A stretch of 64,000 bases of DNA, from positions 192,001-256,000 of the forward strand of contig CAVZJB010000011.1 in NCBI GenBank assembly GCA_963775425.1. Reading direction: 5' to 3'. The notes under the pieces were generated by a model, which was given only the letters and a program-made list of their open reading frames with translations, ran no database searches and was not told the DNA's origin. Of the stretch, positions 43,876 to 53,952 are shown piece by piece. Within the stretch, counting starts at the first letter, position 1, and each line of letters begins with the position of its first letter. The DNA comes from an uncultured delta proteobacterium. GTDB lineage: Bacteria > Myxococcota > UBA727 > VGSZ01. The position numbers and the translations under genes are program-made.

Positions 43876-46320
43876 CTATTCCAAATCCGGGGCGGGTGCG
43901 TCGGCCTCGGCGCGCAGGTGCCGCAGGATGATCACGCGGGGCTGTCGTTCGTCGTCGAAACGAACGAGCGCGGAGGCGCTTCGCCCTCGCCCCCGCAGGC
44001 CGACGATGGTTCCGCCGCCGAACAAACGGTGCCACACCCGGACGCCGTCGCGGAGGCCCGCGGCCCCGTCGGCGTCGTCGCCGTCGTTTCCCCGCCGCTC
44101 CGGCTCGACGTCGACATCGATGGGGGAGAGGCCGCCGAGCCGGAACCGCTTGGCGCTGCTGGTGGCAAACGTGGGGGCGACCTCGCCCATCGGCGTGTCC
44201 GCCATCACGAGGCGCAACGGGGCACGAGGCTCCTGGGGCTCGTCGTAGACGATGCGCGTCTCGTTTTCGAACGCGGGCTCCGCGGCGCGCTGCCGCCACA
44301 GGTCGAGGCGCTCGAGCGAGCGGCTGGGGACGTCGCCGTCGAGCACCTCGCGCGGGATCTCGTGGAGGAAGCGCGACGGCGTGCGCCGCTTCTTCTGCCC
44401 CTGCACCATGCGCCAGTCGGCGTACGACAACACCAGGCGCCGGCGCGCGCGCGTGATGCCCACGTACGCCAGGCGCCGCTCCTCCTCGAGCTCGTCGCCG
44501 GCGCCGTCCTCGAGGGCGCGCGCGTGCGGGAACAAGTGCTCCTCGAGCCCGGCGAGGTAGACGACGTCGAACTCGAGCCCCTTGGCGGCGTGCAGGCTCA
44601 TGAGGGTCACCTGGCCGCGCCCGTCCCTCGCCTCGTCGACGCTCGACAACAACGACGCGCTCTCGAGGAAGCCGACCACGTCGTCGGGCTCGCCCGCCGC
44701 CCTCGCCGTCTCCGCCCACTCCTCCGCGGCGCTCAACAGCTCGCCGAGGTTTTCGAGCCGCCCCTCGGCCTCGATGGAGCTCTCGGCCTCGAGGCGCTCG
44801 GCGACGCCGCTCACCCCCACGGCCTTGGCGATCGCCTCCTTGGCCGTCACGTGCGCCGGCGCCGCGCTCTGCTCGAAGAGCCCGGGCTGCGCGGCGCCCG
44901 CGGGGGCGCGGCGGGCGATGAGCGCGCCGAGCGCGAGCACGCTCTTGGCGACCTTGTCGCAACGCGCCTTCGCCTTGTCCTTGAGCCCCGCGGCGTCGAG
45001 GGCGTCGCGGTCGGCCATGGCGGGCAACAGGGCGAGCCCGCGCTCCCGGGCCGCGGCCTCGAGCTTCTTGATGGTGCCGTCGCCGATGCCGCGCGGGACC
45101 GCGGCGAGGAAGCGCAGCGTGTCGACGTCGCTTTGTGGGCTGATGGCGCAGCGCACGGTGGCCAGGACGTCCTTCACCTCCTTGCGGTCGTAGAAGCGGA
45201 CGCCGCCGACGACGCGGTAGGGGAGGTTGGCGCGCCGGAGCTCGTCTTCGAACGGCCGCGACAGGGCGTTGGTGCGATAGAGCACGGCGACCTCGTCGAG
45301 GCTCGTGCCCTGACGCGCGTGCTCGAGAACGTCGCTGACGATGCGGCGGGCCTCCTCGAGGTCGTCGCGGGCGCGGATGACGCGCACGGAGCGCCCGCGC
45401 TCGCCGGTGGGCCTGAGCGTCTTTCCGAGGCGAACGACGTTCTTCTTGATGATGCCGTTGGCGGCGTCGAGGATGGTGGCGGTGGAGCGGTAGTTCTCCT
45501 CGAGCTTGACGAGCTCGGCGCCGGGCATGGACTCGAGGAACTTCCTGAGGTTGGCGGCGGAGGCGCCGCGCCACCCGTAGATGGCCTGGTCGTCGTCGCC
45601 GACGACGGCGACGCTGTCGGCGCCCTTGGCGAGGGCGAGGACGATCTCGGCCTGCACGGCGTTCACGTCCTGATACTCGTCGACGAGGACGTGGCGGATG
45701 CCGTCCTTGACGAGGGACGCGACGTCGCTTTTGAGGAGGTCGCGCATCTTCAACAGGAGGCCGCCGAAGTCGATGGCGCCCATCTGGTCGAGGCGCTCGC
45801 GGGAGATGCCGTAGGCCCGCAACGCGAAGTCGAAGAGGAAGTCGTGGCCCTTGGGGACGTCGTCGGGGAGCAGGCCCTCGCACTGCCAGGAGTCGATGAG
45901 GGCTTTGATGCCGCGAACGGTGTCCTTCTCGAGGTTGAGGTCGTTGACGACGATGCGCTGCAGCAGGCGCTTCCAGTCGTCGTCGTCGTAGATGACGAAG
46001 CTCGGGTTCATGCCGACGGCGCGGCCAAAGCGGCGCAGGATGCGCGCGGACAGCCCGTGGAAGGTGCCGATCTGCGCGCGCGCGCCGCGGCCGGGGACGA
46101 GGCGCGCGACGCGCTCCTTCATCTCTCCGGCGGCCTTGTTGGTGAACGTGACGGCGAGGATGCGCTCGGGTTGGACGCCGCGCTCGAGGATCAACCACGC
46201 GATGCGGTGGGTGATGACGCGCGTCTTGCCGCTGCCGGCGCCGGCGAGGACGCACACCGGGCCGTCGAGGTAGGTGGCGGCCTTGAGCTGCGTCGGTGAG
46301 AGGCGCTTCTCCCAATCCAC
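43876..46320 (-). CDS. UvrD/PcrA-family SF1A DNA helicase
   Basis: AGAGSGKT, TFTNKAA, VDEYQD, VGDDDQAIY, NYRST, HAAKGLEF, EERRLAYVGITRA; C-terminal Tudor-like VWHRLFG domain. Confidence 0.95.
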   Translation of the reverse strand: MDWEKRLSPTQLKAATYLDGPVCVLAGAGSGKTRVITHRIAWLILERGVQPERILAVTFTNKAAGEMKERVARLVPGRGARAQIGTFHGLSARILRRFGRAVGMNPSFVIYDDDDWKRLLQRIVVNDLNLEKDTVRGIKALIDSWQCEGLLPDDVPKGHDFLFDFALRAYGISRERLDQMGAIDFGGLLLKMRDLLKSDVASLVKDGIRHVLVDEYQDVNAVQAEIVLALAKGADSVAVVGDDDQAIYGWRGASAANLRKFLESMPGAELVKLEENYRSTATILDAANGIIKKNVVRLGKTLRPTGERGRSVRVIRARDDLEEARRIVSDVLEHARQGTSLDEVAVLYRTNALSRPFEDELRRANLPYRVVGGVRFYDRKEVKDVLATVRCAISPQSDVDTLRFLAAVPRGIGDGTIKKLEAAARERGLALLPAMADRDALDAAGLKDKAKARCDKVAKSVLALGALIARRAPAGAAQPGLFEQSAAPAHVTAKEAIAKAVGVSGVAERLEAESSIEAEGRLENLGELLSAAEEWAETARAAGEPDDVVGFLESASLLSSVDEARDGRGQVTLMSLHAAKGLEFDVVYLAGLEEHLFPHARALEDGAGDELEEERRLAYVGITRARRRLVLSYADWRMVQGQKKRRTPSRFLHEIPREVLDGDVPSRSLERLDLWRQRAAEPAFENETRIVYDEPQEPRAPLRLVMADTPMGEVAPTFATSSAKRFRLGGLSPIDVDVEPERRGNDGDDADGAAGLRDGVRVWHRLFGGGTIVGLRGRGRSASALVRFDDERQPRVIILRHLRAEADAPAPDLE

Positions 46321-46380
46321 GTCGGGGAATCTACGGTCGTTCCCCTCGGCCGTCGACCGCCGCGGTGGTTACGCCGGGGA

Positions 46381-47235
46381 ATGCGCGCAGCGCTCCTCGC
46401 CGCCACGCTCGTCGCCGTCTGCGGCTGTGATCCGTGCGCGCCGCCGCCCGGCTTCGGCGCGCCCTGCACGCAGAGCGCCGACTGCGAGCCCACATACGCG
46501 TGCGACGTCACCACTCGCCTCTGCGTGCCCTTCGACGACGCGGGGGCGCCCGACGGCGCGCAGCCCGACCCGCAGCGGGTCGCCGCGCCCGCCTGGGTCG
46601 ACGCGGGCCGCGCCGGCGACGACGCGGACGCCGGCCTCGACAGCGTCGATCCCGGGGCCGACGCCGGCCTCGACAGCGTCGATCCCGGGGCCGACCCCGG
46701 CCTCGACAGCGTCGATCCCGGGGCCGACGCCGGGACCGACGGTGCCGCTGACGAGAGCGACGCCGGCCTCGACACCGCCGATGCCGGGCCCGACGCCGGG
46801 GCCGACGGTGCGGCTGACGGGAGGAACGACGGGGCGGACGACGGGGCGGACGACGGAAAAGTCGACGGGGACGCAGACGGGGCCGCCGCACCGGACGGCG
46901 AGGAGGGCGGCGCCCACGGCGACGGCGACGGCGGCGGCGACGGCCACGGCGACGGCCACGGCGACGGCCACGGTGACGGCCACGGCCACGGCCGCTCCCA
47001 CGGCCACGGCCATGGCGACGCCCGCGGCGACGCCCATCGCCACGGCGACGCCCGCGGCCCCGGCGACGCCCGCGGCCGAGGTCGCCGCGTGCTCGCCGAG
47101 ATGAGGGGTCACCGGCGGCCGCGCACAGAAGTGCCCCGATCGACGAAAGCGGAAGCGGGGTTCGCGAAGTGGGCGGTCATCCTCCGGCCAGGCGAGAGCT
47201 CCGCAACACGCTTGCCCGGCGACGACTCCGGGTGA
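46381..47235 (+). CDS. Lipoprotein with Cys motif and low-complexity Asp/Gly/His repeats (C-terminus uncertain)
   Basis: VCG-C lipobox, FGAPCTQSADC...C...CVP shared with the next gene; 33-nt and 12-nt repeats. Confidence 0.55.
   Translation: MRAALLAATLVAVCGCDPCAPPPGFGAPCTQSADCEPTYACDVTTRLCVPFDDAGAPDGAQPDPQRVAAPAWVDAGRAGDDADAGLDSVDPGADAGLDSVDPGADPGLDSVDPGADAGTDGAADESDAGLDTADAGPDAGADGAADGRNDGADDGADDGKVDGDADGAAAPDGEEGGAHGDGDGGGDGHGDGHGDGHGDGHGHGRSHGHGHGDARGDAHRHGDARGPGDARGRGRRVLAEMRGHRRPRTEVPRSTKAEAGFAKWAVILRPGESSATRLPGDDSG
46627..46725 (+). repeat. 3 x 33-nt coding tandem repeat (DAGLDSVDPGA)
   Basis: GACGCCGGCCTCGACAGCGTCGATCCCGGGGCC x3 with one substitution. Confidence 0.9.
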
Positions 47236-47265
47236 GCGCCGCGCGGGCTCGGGTATGCTCGACGC

Positions 47266-48525
47266 GTGCGCCTCCTCGGGCTCCTGCTCGTCGTCGTCGC
47301 GGTCGGGGCCTGCGAGCTGGCGCCCGTCGCCTTCGGCGCGCGTTGCAACGCGGACGTCGACTGCGCGGATCGTGACGTCTGCGACGCCGCCACCCACCTC
47401 TGCGTGCTCCCCTCGTTGGCCGCCGAAGGCGAAGGCGAAGGCGAGGGTGAAGGCGAAGGCGAAGGCGAAGGTGAAGGCGAAGGCGAAGGCGAAGGTGAAG
47501 GCGAAGGTGAAGGCGAAGGTGAAGGTGAAGGTGAAGGTGAAGGCGAAGGCGACGCTTGCCCGGGCGACCAAGCGCTCGCCGGCGGCCGCTGCGTCGACGC
47601 CTTGCCGTTCACGCCGGCGCTCTTCGACGTCAACGCCGCGCTCGCGGCCGTGCCCGTGGAGTCCTCGACCACCTTGAGCGGCGTCATCGACGTCGATGCC
47701 ATCTCCGCGCGCAGCGACCTCGGCGTCGTGCGCGCCGGCGGCCAGCCCGTCCTGCTCGTGGCCGAGAACCTCGCGCTGGACGGCGACGTGCACTTCACAG
47801 GCACCCACGCCGTGGACATCGTGGCCTTCGGCGACCTCAGCGTCGCCGCCGGCGTCCGCGTCGACGTCGACGCCGCCGGCGTCACCGGCGGCCCCGGCTC
47901 CAGGACACAGCAAGGCTGCAACGGCGGCGCCGGCTCCTCGGGCAGCGGCAACCTCGGCAGCGGCGGGGGCGGGGGCGGCGGCACGGGCACCGCCGGCGGC
48001 GGCGGCGGCGGCGTAGCGGGCGCCAACGGCGGGGGCGGGGGCGCGGTCGACGCCAGCTCCGGCCGCGGCGGCTGCCAAGGCGGCGACGGCGGCAGCGGCG
48101 AGGGAGGCATCGCCGGCGGCGGCTCGCAGGCGGGCGGTGTCGGCGGTGGCGGCGGGGGCGCGCTCACGCTCACCGCCGTGCGCCTGCACGTCGACGGCGT
48201 GGTCAGCGCCGCGGGCGGCGTCGGCGCCGTCGGCGCCAAGGCGGCCATCGCGAGCACCGCCGGCGGCGGCGGCGGCGGCGGAGGCGGCGGCTTCGTTCGC
48301 CTCGAAGCGGGGACCCTCGCGGGAGAAGGCAGCGCGCTCGCGCCCGGCGGCGACGGCGGCGACAGCGGCACGGGCCCCGGCGGCGGCCCCGGCAGCACCA
48401 GCGCCGACGACGGCGGCGGCGGCAGCGCGGCGGGCGGCGGCGGCGGCGGCTCCGGCGCCGTCGAGATGTGCGGCGGCGCGGTCACGGCCACCACGCCGGC
48501 GACCACCGCCACGACCTGCCCGTAG
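47266..48525 (+). CDS. Gly-rich lipoprotein with (EG)21 tract
   Basis: VGA-C lipobox, Cys motif, EG tract, GGGGG-rich C-terminal domain. Confidence 0.78.
   Translation: MRLLGLLLVVVAVGACELAPVAFGARCNADVDCADRDVCDAATHLCVLPSLAAEGEGEGEGEGEGEGEGEGEGEGEGEGEGEGEGEGEGEGEGEGDACPGDQALAGGRCVDALPFTPALFDVNAALAAVPVESSTTLSGVIDVDAISARSDLGVVRAGGQPVLLVAENLALDGDVHFTGTHAVDIVAFGDLSVAAGVRVDVDAAGVTGGPGSRTQQGCNGGAGSSGSGNLGSGGGGGGGTGTAGGGGGGVAGANGGGGGAVDASSGRGGCQGGDGGSGEGGIAGGGSQAGGVGGGGGGALTLTAVRLHVDGVVSAAGGVGAVGAKAAIASTAGGGGGGGGGGFVRLEAGTLAGEGSALAPGGDGGDSGTGPGGGPGSTSADDGGGGSAAGGGGGGSGAVEMCGGAVTATTPATTATTCP
47425..47550 (+). repeat. Hexanucleotide coding repeat (GARGGY)21
   Basis: 126 nt of GAAGGC/GAAGGT/GAGGGT units. 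Confidence 0.95.
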
Positions 48526-48546
48526 CGCGGCGCACCTTGCCATGAT

Positions 48547-48570
48547 GCGGGGGACAAGCCCCCGCCCTAC
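48547..48570 (-). repeat. GTAG-type REP element
   Basis: Minus strand GTAG-G-GCGGGGG-CTTGT-CCCCCGC: GTAG tetranucleotide 5' of a GC hairpin, between convergent genes. Confidence 0.7.
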
Positions 48571-48639
48571 GGGCGTCGCTTCGGAGCGAACAACGGCGCG
48601 GCAACGCGCGGGGGACGGCCGGCTCGGACGCGAGGGGCG

Positions 48640-49173
48640 TCAGCGCATCTGGCGCACGGCTTCCTCGAGCATCGCGCGGTGCACGCTGCCAGGGTGCGCG
48701 CGGGAAAACGCGGACAGCACGTCGTCGGGGCTCGCGCCCTTGCGCAGATCGAGGAGGGCCGCGAGCGCGTCGCGCTCTTCGGCGAGCGCGCCGTGCGGGT
48801 AGGTGCGGGCGTGCTCGTCGAGGTCGCGCGCCGCGTCGTCGAGGTCGCCGCGCCGAAGCGCGGCGCGCGCGGCGTCGATGAGCGCGGTCTCGGCGGGGGC
48901 CTCCGGCGCGGCGCTCGCCGCGGGAGCGACGTCGACGGGAGCGGGGGGTGGCGCCTCGCGCAAGCCGAACGCGACCGCGCCGACGGCGACGGCGGCGACC
49001 ACGCCGGCGAGCGCCAGCTTGGACGCGGCGACCCGCGCGAACAAGGAGCGGTCGAGCCGCGCGCGCATGCCGGCGTCGACGTCGGCGGGCACGGGCGACA
49101 GGTCGCTCTCGGCGAGATCGATGAGGGTGCGCAGGGCGGGATCGAGAGGCTCGAGGGGAGCTGGATCGCTCAT
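48640..49173 (-). CDS. Putative anti-sigma factor with TM helix and TPR-like C-terminus
   Basis: Overlaps the ECF stop; TM helix; E..LIDAARAAL...H...YP.G.LAEER motif. Confidence 0.7.
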   Translation of the reverse strand: MSDPAPLEPLDPALRTLIDLAESDLSPVPADVDAGMRARLDRSLFARVAASKLALAGVVAAVAVGAVAFGLREAPPPAPVDVAPAASAAPEAPAETALIDAARAALRRGDLDDAARDLDEHARTYPHGALAEERDALAALLDLRKGASPDDVLSAFSRAHPGSVHRAMLEEAVRQMR

Positions 49174-49754
49174 GCGACACCTTCCTTTCCGGCGCGAGCT
49201 TCCTGCACGACGTCGGCGAGCCTCTTTCGTGCGAGCCGCAGCCTCGAGTAGAGGGTGTTCACGCTGACGTCGAGGGCGCGGGCGCACGCAGCGACGTTCT
49301 CGCCGTCGACGTCGTGGAGCACGAACACCGCGCGCTGGTCCAGGTCCATACGCGCGAGCGCGCGGGCGAGCAGGGCCTCAGCGCGCTTCTTGTCGATGAC
49401 GGCGTCTTGCGCGGGCTCGACGCGCGCGTCGACGTCGTCGCTCGGGTCCTCCGGCCTGCGTCCGCGCTTGCGCCGATGACCGAGGACCACGCGGTGAGCG
49501 ATGCCGAAGAGCCAGGGCTTCACCGGGCGCCCGTCCTCGAGGTCCGCGCGCCGCCGCCAGAACACGACGAACACGTCATGGACGAGGTCCGTGCAATCGC
49601 GCTCGGCGACGCCCAGCCGCCGCAGCGTGTGCCAGACGTACGCTTTGTGCTCGCGGTAGACGGCGTCGAACGCCGCGCGCTCGTCGCGCGCCGCCGTCGC
49701 GGTGGACGCGAGGGCGGTCGCCGATCGATCGGTGCGCGCGGCGAACAACGACAT
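49170..49754 (-). CDS. ECF sigma-70 factor
   Basis: DLVHDVF, WLFGIA region 2; RAVFVLHD...VNTLYSRLRLAR region 4. Confidence 0.92.
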   Translation of the reverse strand: MSLFAARTDRSATALASTATAARDERAAFDAVYREHKAYVWHTLRRLGVAERDCTDLVHDVFVVFWRRRADLEDGRPVKPWLFGIAHRVVLGHRRKRGRRPEDPSDDVDARVEPAQDAVIDKKRAEALLARALARMDLDQRAVFVLHDVDGENVAACARALDVSVNTLYSRLRLARKRLADVVQEARAGKEGVA

Positions 49755-49758
49755 CGCC

Positions 49759-50481
49759 TCAGGGCCGCGTCGGCTGATCCACGCCGACGCCGCGGAGCGC
49801 GACGCGCAGCTCGGGCGTGGCGGGATCGTTGGAGTGAACGACGAGGTCGACGGTGAAGTCACCGAGGCGCGTGGGCTGGAACACCTCGAACAGCGTGCTG
49901 GAGCCGTCGGGCGCGATGGTGATCGGCGCGTCGAGCTGCGACGAGAGGGCGTCGATGCTGACGGTGCCGTCGCCGTTGTCGACGACGCCGCTGGCGATGA
50001 AGAACTGGTCGGCGCCGTCGCCCTCGAAGTGCGCTGCGTCGACGACGACGTCCGCGTCACCGAAGTTGTCGATCTCGGTGTCGCCGACGGAGGCGTCGCC
50101 GACGACGACCTCGCCCATGCCCTGGCCGGTCTCGCTGATCACGATCACGGGCCCGAGCGACTGCTGGGCGCTGCAGAGGCCGTCGCGATCGCACAAGCCG
50201 CCGTCGCAGTCGGCGTCGGTGGCGCAGGCGGGGCGCTCGCAGGCGCCCTGGACGCAGACCTGCGGCGCGTCGCAGTCGGCGTCGGCGGCGCAGCCGGCGT
50301 CGGGCGCGGCGCACGCGCCGTCGGCGCACACGAGGCCGTCGTCGCAGTCGGTGTCGGCGGCGCAGGGGTCGCCTTCGAGGGCGCCGGTGCCGACGCCGAA
50401 GCTGCCGATGTCGACGGGGAAGGGGCAGCCGGCGGAGAGGGCGACGAGGAGCGAGGGCAGAGCGGTGCGAACGGCGAGCAT
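49759..50481 (-). CDS. Cys-rich lipoprotein with C-terminal Ig-like (ASH/choice-of-anchor D-like) domain
   Basis: SAG-C lipobox, CxxDxDC repeats, N.GD..., F.PT..G, SNDP..P...V.L.G.G. Confidence 0.72.
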   Translation of the reverse strand: MLAVRTALPSLLVALSAGCPFPVDIGSFGVGTGALEGDPCAADTDCDDGLVCADGACAAPDAGCAADADCDAPQVCVQGACERPACATDADCDGGLCDRDGLCSAQQSLGPVIVISETGQGMGEVVVGDASVGDTEIDNFGDADVVVDAAHFEGDGADQFFIASGVVDNGDGTVSIDALSSQLDAPITIAPDGSSTLFEVFQPTRLGDFTVDLVVHSNDPATPELRVALRGVGVDQPTRP

Positions 50482-50723
50482 GAAGCCTCCGGAAGGTACA
50501 TCAGGGGTGATGCAGGGAATTGCCCGCGGCTCGCGGATCCGTCACAGCTCTTTTGCGGCAAGGCGCTTCCGCGGAGCACGAGGCCGGATGTCAGCGCCGG
50601 ATGTCGGCGCGCCGCGGGTGCGCGCGCCGGTCGGCCCTTGAGGGAATGTGCGCCGCGTGAGAGCGGATCTGCGGCGCGGGAGCACGGACAGCGGTGCCGT
50701 TGTCACCGGCCGGGGAGGAGCCC

Positions 50724-51800
50724 ATGTTGTCCGCGCTCGCGATCACGATGGCGATGTCCGCCGGCGCGTCCTTCGCCGTCGCCGTCGACGACCCCGCGGG
50801 CTGCCTCGAGCGGGAGGCCCTCGTCGCGCACGTGCGCGCCCGGCTCGCTCCCGACGAGGAGCTCGTGCCGCTCGCGCCGCCCGACGACGCGCGCACCATC
50901 CACGTCGAGGTCTCCGACGCCGACGGCGCGTTGCGCGCGGCGATCACCATCGACGGGGTCGACGGCGAACGCGTCGTCGGCCCGTTCGACACCTGCGCGC
51001 AGCTCACGCGGACCACCGAGGTCGCCGTCGCCGTCTTCCTCGACACCTTCCGTCTCGCGACTCCTCTCGCGCCCGTCGCGCCGCCGCCACCGGAGCCCCG
51101 CGCTCCTCCTGTTCCGCCGTCGCCCGCGCGCCCCGACGCGAGCCCGGGCGCGCGCCCCGGTCGCAAGTCACCGGCCGCCGCGCGCCCGGCGCCGCCCCCG
51201 CCGTCCCCGCCGCCCCCGTCCTCGCCGCCCCCGTCCCCGTCCCCGCCGTCCCCGCCGGCGCCGCGCCCGCCGGCGCTCGTGCCGACGAGCTTGGAGCTGT
51301 CGGGACGCCTCGGCGGGAGCGCCGGCCGCGGGCCGGGGTTGGGCGGGCACGCCGACGCCTCGGTCGCGTTTGTCGGTGGCGCCTGGTCGACGGGCGTCGG
51401 CGTCGGCGCCGATTGGAGCACGAGCCCGATCGGCCGCGGCTCCGCCACGGTCCTGCTCGCGGTCGTCGAGCCGCGGGCGTGCGCGAGGCTCGCGTTCGTC
51501 ATGGTCCCCGTCGGCGCGCGCTCGTCCGTCGAGACCTGCGCGCTCGTCGACGTCGGTGCGGCGCTGACGTTCGGCAGCGGCGTGCCCGACGCCAAGGGCG
51601 GCGTCGCGCCGCACCTCGCGCCGGGCGCCTCCATCGAGGTGTCGCTCGCGGTGACGAGGTCCCTGTCCGTGGTCGCCGGCGCCGCCGCCACCGTGCCCCT
51701 GGTGCGCGTGGTGCTGCGCGACTCCACGTCGGGCCGCGCGCTCTACGAGAGCCCATTGGCAAACGGCGTCGTCGCCGCCGGCGTTCGCGTTCCCTTCTGA
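50724..51800 (+). CDS. Exported protein with Pro-rich linker and beta-barrel-like C-terminus
   Basis: GGAGGAG RBS, signal peptide, poly-Pro, beta strands ending in Phe. Confidence 0.65.
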   Translation: MLSALAITMAMSAGASFAVAVDDPAGCLEREALVAHVRARLAPDEELVPLAPPDDARTIHVEVSDADGALRAAITIDGVDGERVVGPFDTCAQLTRTTEVAVAVFLDTFRLATPLAPVAPPPPEPRAPPVPPSPARPDASPGARPGRKSPAAARPAPPPPSPPPPSSPPPSPSPPSPPAPRPPALVPTSLELSGRLGGSAGRGPGLGGHADASVAFVGGAWSTGVGVGADWSTSPIGRGSATVLLAVVEPRACARLAFVMVPVGARSSVETCALVDVGAALTFGSGVPDAKGGVAPHLAPGASIEVSLAVTRSLSVVAGAAATVPLVRVVLRDSTSGRALYESPLANGVVAAGVRVPF

Positions 51801-51813
51801 TCGCAGGGAGCCC

Positions 51814-53922
51814 TCACGGCTTGGCGAGCTTGGCGCGCATCGTCTCGAAGAAGGCGGCGGCCGGATCGGCGACCTCGACGACGGGCGCCACCGGCAACAG
51901 GCAATGCGCGGGGATGTCGTCGAGGAAGCGCGAGCGCCGCCGCGCGATCATCTCGTGGCGGCGCCGGCGCGACCTGGCGAACGTGCACACGAGCGTCCGC
52001 TGCGCGCGCGTGATGCCGACGTAACACAGGCGCCGCTCCTCCTCGACGCCGCGCTCGCCGCTCTCCTCGACGACGCGCCGGTGCGGCAACAGCCCTTCTT
52101 CGAGGCCGACCAGGAACACGGTGGGGAACTCGAGGCCCTTGGACGCGTGCAGGCTCATGAGCTGCACCTTGCCCTTGGCCTTCTTCTTGTCGTCCTTGTC
52201 CTTGTCCTTGTCGCGCTCATCGTCGTCGAGGGCGACGCGATCGAGGAACGCGTCGAGCGCCCCGCGCTCCGCGCTCACCAGGCGGCTCTCCGCGAGGTCG
52301 GGCGCCTCCTCGGCGTCGCGCAGGCGATCGACGAAGGCGGCGAAGGCGTCGATGACCTCCTCGATGGACTCCACGAGGCGCTCGCGCGCCGACACGTCGG
52401 TCTCGCCGTCGACGAGCGCGGCCAGGCCCGCCTCGTCGATGGCCGCGCGCGCGATGCCGGCGAGGTCCGCGTCGGGATCGTGCTCGGCCTCGGCGAGGCG
52501 CGCGCGCACGTCGACGAGCGGGCGCGCGAACGACAGGAGCGCGTCGACCTGCGCGGGCTTGAGCGGCACGTCGGGCGCGCCGGCGGCGGCGTAGTCGACG
52601 GCGCCGACGCCCTTGTCCCGCGCGCCGGTGACGACGCGCGCGACGGTCTTTTCGCCGAGGCCGCGCGCCGGGAGGTTGACCGCGCGGCGAAACGCGAGCT
52701 CGTCATCGGGGCGCGCGATGCACGACAGGTACGCGATGGTGTCCTTCACCTCGCGTCGCTTGAAGAACTCCATGCCGCCGACGACGCGATAGGGCACGCC
52801 GCGGAGCCGCAAGGCCTCCTCGAAAAGTCGCGACTGCGGCGCCGCGCGGTACAGGACGGCCACGCCCTCCGCCGGGACCTTCTCCCGCATGACGAGGTCG
52901 AAGATGCGCGCGCCCACGGAGTCGGCCTCGGCGTCGCCGTCGTCGGCGGCGACGATCTCCACGGGCCGCCCCTCGCCGAGCACGCTGCGCAAGGTCTTGT
53001 CGCGCCGCGCGCGGTTCTTGGCGATGACGGCGTTGGCGGCGCCGAGGATGAGCCCGGTGGACCGGTAGTTCTCCTCGAGCTTCACCACGGCGCAGGGCTT
53101 GCCGTCTTTGCCCTGGAACTGCTGGTCGAAGGCGAGGATGTTTTCGAGGTCGGCGCCGCGGAAGGCGTAGATGGCCTGGTCGTCGTCACCGACCACGCAC
53201 AGGTTGCGCTCGGGCCCCACGAGCAGTTGCGTGATGAGGAGCTGGATCGGGTTCGTGTCCTGGTACTCGTCGATGTGCACCCAGCGAAAGAGCGCCTGGT
53301 AGCGCTTGCGCACGTCGGGCACGTCCTCGAGGAGCTCGCGCGCGCTCAACAGGAGGTCGTCGAAGTCGAGCGCCGCGAGGGCGCGCAGGTGGGCGGCGTA
53401 CGGCTTCCAGAGCTGCGCCGCGAGGAGCGAGATCGGGTCGCCGCCGGGCTCGGGCGGGTCGACGTCGCGGCGGATGCCCTGGTTCTTCCACAGCCCGATG
53501 CGCGACAGCACCATGCGCGGCTCCTTCTCCGACAGCTTGAGCTTCAGCTCGCGCGCGACGCGTTGCAGTTGCGCGAGCTGATCGCCCTCGTCGAGGATGG
53601 AGAAGCCGTTGGACAGCCCGATGCGGTGCGCGTCCCGTCGCAGCAGGCGCGCGCACAGCGAGTGGAACGTGGACACCCACACCCCGCGCGCGAGCTTCTT
53701 TCCCGCGAGGAGCACCAGGCGCTCCTTCATCTCCTTGGACGCCTTGTTGGTGAAGGTGACCGCGAGGATGGAGCGGGGGGGCTCCCCTTGCAGCAACAGC
53801 CGGGCGATGCGCGTGGTGACGACGCGCGTCTTCCCCGACCCCGCGCCCGCGAGCACGAGCATCGGGCCGGTGTCGTGGAACACCGCCGCCCGCTGCGCGT
53901 CGTTCAACCCGTCGTCGTGCAC
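51814..53922 (-). CDS. Second UvrD/Rep-family SF1A helicase (Rep-like, no C-terminal Tudor-like domain)
   Basis: AGAGSGKT, DEYQD, NYRST, HASKGLEF, EERRLCYVGITRA. Confidence 0.94.
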   Translation of the reverse strand: MHDDGLNDAQRAAVFHDTGPMLVLAGAGSGKTRVVTTRIARLLLQGEPPRSILAVTFTNKASKEMKERLVLLAGKKLARGVWVSTFHSLCARLLRRDAHRIGLSNGFSILDEGDQLAQLQRVARELKLKLSEKEPRMVLSRIGLWKNQGIRRDVDPPEPGGDPISLLAAQLWKPYAAHLRALAALDFDDLLLSARELLEDVPDVRKRYQALFRWVHIDEYQDTNPIQLLITQLLVGPERNLCVVGDDDQAIYAFRGADLENILAFDQQFQGKDGKPCAVVKLEENYRSTGLILGAANAVIAKNRARRDKTLRSVLGEGRPVEIVAADDGDAEADSVGARIFDLVMREKVPAEGVAVLYRAAPQSRLFEEALRLRGVPYRVVGGMEFFKRREVKDTIAYLSCIARPDDELAFRRAVNLPARGLGEKTVARVVTGARDKGVGAVDYAAAGAPDVPLKPAQVDALLSFARPLVDVRARLAEAEHDPDADLAGIARAAIDEAGLAALVDGETDVSARERLVESIEEVIDAFAAFVDRLRDAEEAPDLAESRLVSAERGALDAFLDRVALDDDERDKDKDKDDKKKAKGKVQLMSLHASKGLEFPTVFLVGLEEGLLPHRRVVEESGERGVEEERRLCYVGITRAQRTLVCTFARSRRRRHEMIARRRSRFLDDIPAHCLLPVAPVVEVADPAAAFFETMRAKLAKP

Positions 53923-53952
53923 GGCGACCGAGCGTTAGCACGCCGGCGCGCA

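Noticed and set aside
43876-53922. Two UvrD-family helicases as a defence system or recent duplication
   Set aside because: They look like an ordinary diverged PcrA/UvrD and Rep-like pair with no adjacent nuclease or other defence genes.
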